Positions 57,747 through 64,000 of a DNA stretch of 64,000 nt are shown piece by piece. The DNA lies in the IMG/VR virus record IMGVR_UViG_3300013426_000018, positions 64,001 to 128,000 of that record. One strand, given 5' to 3'. Position numbers and translations under genes: made by a program. The notes under the pieces are model-generated. The model was not told the origin of the DNA and made no database searches. It saw only the letters and a list, made by a program, of their open reading frames with translations. Within the stretch, counting starts at the first letter, position 1. Each line of letters starts with the position of its first letter. The stretch is from a virus. Lineage: Duplodnaviria > Caudoviricetes.

Positions 57747-60700
57747 TGCCTTCAAAGTATAATGATCCAGCTGCAGTTGTGTAGGTAATTGGTTGTGTTT
57801 ACAATAATCCCTCTCTATTGGATATTGAAGATAAATATACAATTACAGAAGATGATTTCCAAGATAAATTTCATCAAATTGTTTTTGGTTCTATATTTAA
57901 GCTTCATGAATTAGGAGCTTAGGAGATTACTTTAAAAAATATCGCTGATTTCCTAGCAGATAGGCCTAAAAGTGAAGCGATATATAAACAAAATAAAGGC
58001 GATGAATGGTTAGCTAAAATTGCGAAAAATGCTACGCCACTTACTTTTGATTATTACTATGGACGATTGAAAAAGTTTTCTTTATTACGGGCATATGATA
58101 ATTTTGGGGTAGATGTCAGTGATGTTTATGACACAGATAATATTCTTGACATAAAAAAGAAGCAATTACAAGAAGAGTTCCTTGATAATTCATCACTTGA
58201 AAAAATTGCGGATATGATTGATAGTAAACTAGAATCTATTCGTATTAAATATGTTACCGGAGAGAATGGCGTTTGCCATTAGGCAGGAGAAGGTATTAAA
58301 GAACTTCTTGAAAGCTTAAAAAAATCACCTGATGCCGGTGTTCCACTTTATGGTCCTCTTATTAACACAGTAACAAGAGGAGCTCGGCTTGGAAAGCTAT
58401 ATTTGCGCAGCGCAATGACAGGTGTTGGTAATTTATTTGCCGTCTTTAAAAGGAATTTTAAAGATGATTACAGAGGAAAAAATCTGGAAGCCTAAGTCTT
58501 ATTAGATAAGGTAATCAGAGGTGAAGGCTATATTAAATATAGCCAGCCGCAACGCATAGGGAGTGAAAAGATATAATCTCCCCACGAGGCCTCTGCTCTT
58601 AGCACATAATGGTGAAGATGAAAAGATATGCTGAGCTTATAGGAAACTATAAGAACTATTGGATAAAAAGCCAATAGGATAACAAAACTGAAAACACGCT
58701 CCATGGTCGCCGACTTTTGCTTTATAGGAACCGACTGGATATATGATGAAACTTTTGGATGGATAAGAACTACTTTGGCCCAACCATGTTTATTTATTGC
58801 TACAGAATAGAATTTAGGCGAAGTCTAGACTATGATGTTAGCTTTTCTTTCTAACGTAAATGAAGAGCATATTAGAAGTGGTCTTTATGTAGATGATGAA
58901 TGGGAAAGAGTAATAAGAGCCGCAGAAATCATCGAACAGAGTCCTCTTTATATCGAAGAGATTCCTGATTTCTCTCTACAAGATATCGAAAATATCATAA
59001 AGAAGAACATTCGGGAAAAGGACATATCGTATGTGTTCAAAGTAAAAAAATAGGACTGTGTAATATTTTACTGATTAATTATCAGGGTTTAGTTTTTTTA
59101 ACTAAGCTAACGGGGAAACCTTAACAAGTAAAGTTGAAGGTAATCCCGTGGGAAAATTTTTGGACAAATATAATCAAATAGTATTCGATGATATTTATAT
59201 TTTTTATATAAAAAGGAATGGAGTTGAATACTATTATGGCTATTGTATATAGTTATACTAACTTAATAAATGGAAAAAAGTACATTGGACAAACTGTTAA
59301 TCCAGAACAACGAAAATGTACTCATAAAAGTTCATATCAAAATGAAAAAGATAAGGAATATGATTCTTTATTTCATCGAGCGTTAAGAAAATATGGTTGG
59401 GATAATTTTGAATATGAAATTCTTGCAGAAAACGATAATTTAGAACTTATTAATGAATTAGAAATCTTTTATATTGATTTTTATAATACAAAAACGCCAA
59501 ACGGATATAATATCTTAGATGGTGGAAAAAATGCTAAAAAACCTATGAAAGAATCTACTAAAGAGAAGCTAATGTGGTCCCATGGAAAAATGACTCAAGA
59601 AGAAGTTATTTATCTTCGTATGGCATACGCTAATAAAGAAAGTCCAAAAGCTATCTATGATAAATATTTTAAAGAACGGTTAACTTATTCAAGTTTCTTA
59701 AATATTTGGGATGGCCATCGATACGCTAAAGTTATGCCAGAAGTTATTCAAAAAGGGCGTAGAAAAAAATTGACAGATGATCAAGTTCGAGAAATAAAAA
59801 TAGCTTTATCATAGGGAGAAAAACAAACTAGTATAGCGAAAAGATATAATGTTGATAAAAGTATAATAAGTTTAATATATCGTAATAAAAGTTATAAAAA
59901 TATTGTCTAAAAATTGCCCGTATCGACTATCCTAGAATCGTAGGAGTAAGATTATTATTAATACATAATTTGAAATGGTATCCTATAACTTATAAAAGTT
60001 ATAGTAAGAGATAGTCAGTGCTATTAGGAATAATAGACAATCATGTTACGATTACATTTTTACGAGCATGAAGATATTAGAAGAGATCACACGAAGATCC
60101 GGTGGAGTAAAATTGAGAGAAGATAATGCTCTTTTTATGTTATCAAATAAATTAAAAGATATCTGTAACAAATATGGGGTTTTTATTATGACTGCTACAC
60201 AGCTCAATGGAGACGCGAAGGAAGCTAAAATCCCCGACCAGAATGTCCTTAGAGGTGCCAAATCGATAGCAGATGTCCTCCAGTGGATATCCAATGGAGA
60301 TTACGTCGTCCTTAATAGAAATATTAAGGATAATAAAATCGTGAATTGCTGGGAACTCCTGAAAAGGACAATCAGCATCTTAAATAATTTTTAATTAAAA
60401 AGTTCAACGACTATCCAGACATGGAGTAAATTTTTTATTGAAGTGCGATTTATCTAAAGTATATAACTATGATAAAGATATAGTCTATTCCTTGTAGTAA
60501 TATAAGGTAAAAAAGAAAATTGATTATGGCTCAATCCTTATGAATGTTACAGATGAAGATTTAGTTTCTTTAAATGAAATTTTAGCAACAGGAGCGTTTG
60601 CGACTCCTAACGTAAAATTATCAATTTATAAAAATCGTGGTGGACGTTATAAAAGTTTGTATCTCTGGTGTGCTGCTGATTTAGGCACCTGCCGGATAAA

Positions 60701-60788
60701 GCCTATGTTTGCTACTGCTTATAATTATGAATTAATCCCAATGGATGATATAAAAATTAATGTGGAAGAACCTCCTTCCGCTTTTTAA
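57746..60788 (+). CDS. dnaB: Replicative DnaB-like helicase; exons 57746-58429, 58691-59037, 60046-60274, 60516-60788
   Basis: Splicing restores TGVG|KT, YVF|YDY, SIAD|KID; ATQLN and KNRGG motifs; several TAG=Gln. Confidence 0.85.
58430..58690 (+). mobile_element. Group I intron 1 in dnaB (no ORF)
   Basis: U/G boundaries within Walker A; core similar to intron 54078-55191. Confidence 0.85.
59038..60045 (+). mobile_element. Group I intron 2 in dnaB with GIY-YIG ORF (about 59218-59910)
   Basis: IVYSYTN...YIGQT; GACTAT/ATAGTC P7; core similar to the gyrB intron. Confidence 0.85.
60275..60515 (+). mobile_element. Group I intron 3 in dnaB (no ORF)
   Basis: AATTGCTGGGAA, AATCAGCA, TTCAACGACTA, ATATAGTCT core elements. 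Confidence 0.85.
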
Positions 60789-61045
60789 ATAAAGGAGAAT
60801 TATAATGGCAAGAGTAAAAGATTTTGGAAGTAAAAAGGATACCCAGATTAAGGCCCCTGAAGTAAATGCGGGACTTGTAGAATATAAAATGTCTCGAGCT
60901 ATGGCTGAAGATATTGTTAAAACCGCAAAGGGTAATAAAAGTGACCCACAAACAGTTTTATGTAATTTTGTAAATAATTTTATGGGCCTAAAAGGTTATT
61001 GTGTAAAGGTTCTTGTCGATTTGTAAAATAAAAAGGAGAATACTG

Positions 61046-62146
61046 ATGCTTAGCTATGATAAAGATTATGTGAAAGAACAATTAACAATCGAGGATGTTT
61101 TTTAGCTTCTTGATGAATTTGGGGCAGAGCCACAGTATTCTCCTTTTGGCATTTTAAGCTCAACAATTTGTCATAACCCTGTAGGATGTGGATCAAAAAA
61201 ATTGTATTATTATTCTAATAGTCAGTTATTTCAATGTTATTCCAATTGCCAAAGTATTGATATATTTCAATTAGTTATTAACGTAGCAGAAATACAATGG
61301 GATAAAAAATATGATTTAAATGATGCTATTAGATGGGTAGCTAATCACTTTGGAATTTCAGGAGCAATCATTGAGGAAGATGATTTAAAAACTCTTGAAG
61401 ATTGGAAAATTTTAGAAGAATATGAGCGAGTTGAAGAAGTGCGACCATCTTCTAAAGAAGTTGTTTTACAAGAGTATGATTCAAGTATTTTAAATAATTT
61501 TGATTATAATATAAAAATAGCTCCTTGGCTCAATGAGGGTATTAATGCAGAAAGCCTTCAAAAAGCACAGATTGGATATTATCCAGGAGGAGATCAAATA
61601 ACTATTCCACATTTTGATGTTAATGGAAGATTTATAGGATTGCGTGGACGCTCACTTTGCAAAGAAGAATGTGAACTTTATGGTAAATATAGACCTCTTA
61701 AAGTAAATCAAATTCTTTATAACCATCCTCTTGGAATGAATCTTTACGGATTAAATTGGAATAAGAAAACTATTGCCGCACTTAAAAAAGCTATTATATT
61801 AGAATCTGAGAAATCAGTACTTATGTTAGGTTCTGCTCTTGGATGGGAAAATAACTGTTCAGTAGCTTGTTGCGGTAGCAACATTTCTCTTTATCAAGTA
61901 GAACAATTGCTTAAGTTAGGTATCGAAGAAATGATAATAGCTTTTGATAGGCAATTTCAAACTATTGGGGACGATGAATTTCAGAAGCTGAAAAATAATT
62001 TATTAAAGCTAAAAAAACGGTATAAGAATGATGTAAATATTTCTTTTATCTTTGATAAGAATATGATTACTGATTATAAAGCTAGTCCAATAGATGAAGG
62101 AATCGATAAGTTCATGAAACTATTTAAAGAAAGGATAATAATATGA
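61046..62146 (+). CDS. DNA primase (single TAG at codon 20)
   Basis: TICHN...CYSNC zinc domain, IPHFD..G.FIGLRGR, NLYGL, ESEKS, AFD TOPRIM. Confidence 0.8.
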
Positions 62147-62433
62147 TTGGAATTGTTTGGGGAAGTACTCAAGGAAGAGCTATTAAGAAATTAGAGGAGA
62201 TCAGAAAAAACTATCTTAGTTATCATATTAGTATTACACGAGTTGGTAGAGATTTCTTTGAATCTGAAAATGGAGATATATGGCGTGCTGTTGTGGCAGA
62301 TAATTCTGCAAGAGGGTATAGATGTAATATTTCCTATATTGATGAGCTAATTCCAAATGAAGTAAAGAATGGTCTTATAGCTCATGCTACATCAGCTTAT
62401 CCTTACCAAGCAACCCATTATTACGAATAATAT

Positions 62434-64000
62434 ATGGAATATGAATTAATAAATAAAACAGCAAAAGATTCTAATGTTTTAAATTAGATTTTATTAAATC
62501 GAGGATTTAAAACAGTTTCTGAAATTTAGCATTATCTAAATACAACTAATGATGATATTCTAGACCCTTTGCTTTTGGACAATATGCGGGAAGGGGCTTA
62601 GATGTTAATACGACATGTATCAAACAACGATAAGACACTACTCTGGTTCGACTGTGATTAACTGAAAATGGTCTCAGTCATAAAATAAAATCTTGTAAAT
62701 TGCGGGAAGTTCCTTAATGCTTTAATAACCAAACTAATGCAGAAATGTATTAGTGGCGAAGGTAATGACTAAGGTATGGTAAAATCATTAAAGTTGGATA
62801 ATCCGCAGCGAAATCTCAATAATTTGAGAAACGTTCAACGACTATAATCAGGAGGTATAATTATTAATGTATAGTCTAAACCCTTTATTTAGTTCAAGAA
62901 AAGCAAATGCTCCTTTTTCTTAGGAGCAGTTAGACCAAATTAAAAAATACTTAGAAGATGGTTTTTCTAAAAAAGATATACAAGAATTAACGGGAATTAG
63001 TGCTAAAGCATTAAATAGAAGAATTAAAGAAAACGATTGGTCTTCTTCTCGTAAAAGACATAGTGGATTAACTTAGAAAGAACTTACTGAAATTAAAGAA
63101 AAATATGAAAAAAAAGAAAAAACTCTAGAAGAGTTGTCTAAAGAGTACAATATTTCTTTAAGTAATTTAGCCGATCGAGTTAGTAATAATAAATGGAAGC
63201 GGACCAAGAAAAAAACTCAATATAATTGTAATGAAAATTATTTTGATAATATTAATGATGAGCATAAAGCTTATTGGCTAGGTTTTTTATTTGCCGATGG
63301 TTACATTCTTTCAAAAAGAGAACGAGGATTAAATGAAAGTCAAAGTTTTGGGTTTTCAATTAGCGTTCAAGATATTGAACTTTTTGAAAAATTTAAACAA
63401 GATTTAAGTAGTAATTATCCAGTTAATATTTATGATGTAAAATCAGGCTTTAAAACAGATAAAAGTTATGGAAGAATTCTTATTACTTCTCAACACATGG
63501 TAAATCGTCTTAAAGAATTAGGTATGACAGAAAACAAAACTTATACTATAAAGATACCTAATATCGCGTTAGAGCTAATACCTCATTTTATTAGAGGCTA
63601 TAGTGATGGAGATGGAAGTATCATTATTTCTCGTTTAAAGTCAGGAGAAATTAAATATGAATGGACTGTAACTTCTACTAAAGAAATGTGCCAATCAATT
63701 TTAAATTATATAGAAAAACCTGAACTAAAATTATCTCAACGATGGCCTGAAAGGAATGTAAATAATTGGACTTTAAGGATATCTGGGAATAAACAAGTCC
63801 CTTTAATTTTGTCCAAAATATACGATAATGCGACGATATTTCTTGAACGAAAATATAAAAAATATGCAGAAATGCAGGGTAAAGATGCTTGATGGTTACA
63901 CAAGCGGAGCCGCATTCCTTAACTATTTTCATTATTTATTCCCTACTTTCATAGAAAATAGTGTTAGCTATTAGACTAATGAAGGTAAAAAGCATGGGCT
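62434..64000 (+). CDS. RecJ-like DHH exonuclease, partial; exons 62434-62658 and 63888->64000
   Basis: DPLLLDNMREGA(Q); splicing restores DCD|LDGYTS; EGKKHG. Confidence 0.8.
62659..63887 (+). mobile_element. Group I intron with LAGLIDADG ORF (62867-63892)
   Basis: AATTGCGGGAA, AATCCGCAGC, TTCAACGACTATA/TATAGTCT; LGFLFADG, IRGYSDGDG. Confidence 0.85.

Overview
AT-rich segment of a large lytic-type bacteriophage, probably infecting Firmicutes/Clostridia (AAGGAGG ribosome-binding sites, sigmaA-type extended -10 promoters, Gram-positive-type endolysin). The genome reads TAG as Gln (code 15): in-frame TAGs fall on conserved Gln positions in ThyA, PhoH, the endolysin and a GIY-YIG nuclease, so the supplied ORF track fragments many genes. 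Layout: tail-fibre-like genes (1-3.9 kb, 22.7-24.8 kb); promoter/terminator-bounded early accessory cassettes with RNA-repair enzymes (4-22.5 kb); a restriction-modification pair; a tRNA/ncRNA island (27-33 kb) followed by a DUF2828/vWA protein; PhoH and lysis genes; and a replication block (gyrB, gyrA, ligase, thyA, DHFR, SSB-like, AAA ATPase, DnaB, primase, RecJ-like) carrying 7 group I introns and 1 intein. The RNA island is the most unusual part. It holds (i) a group I intron-split tRNA whose most plausible spliced product is the amber suppressor tRNA-Gln(CUA), (ii) a complete tRNA-like element nested in the anticodon loop of another tRNA, whose precise removal gives tRNA-Lys(UUU), and (iii) seven covarying ACAGCAA stem RNAs, several carrying tRNA fragments, next to a possibly Ro60-like protein. 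All calls were made by eye; no searches were run.
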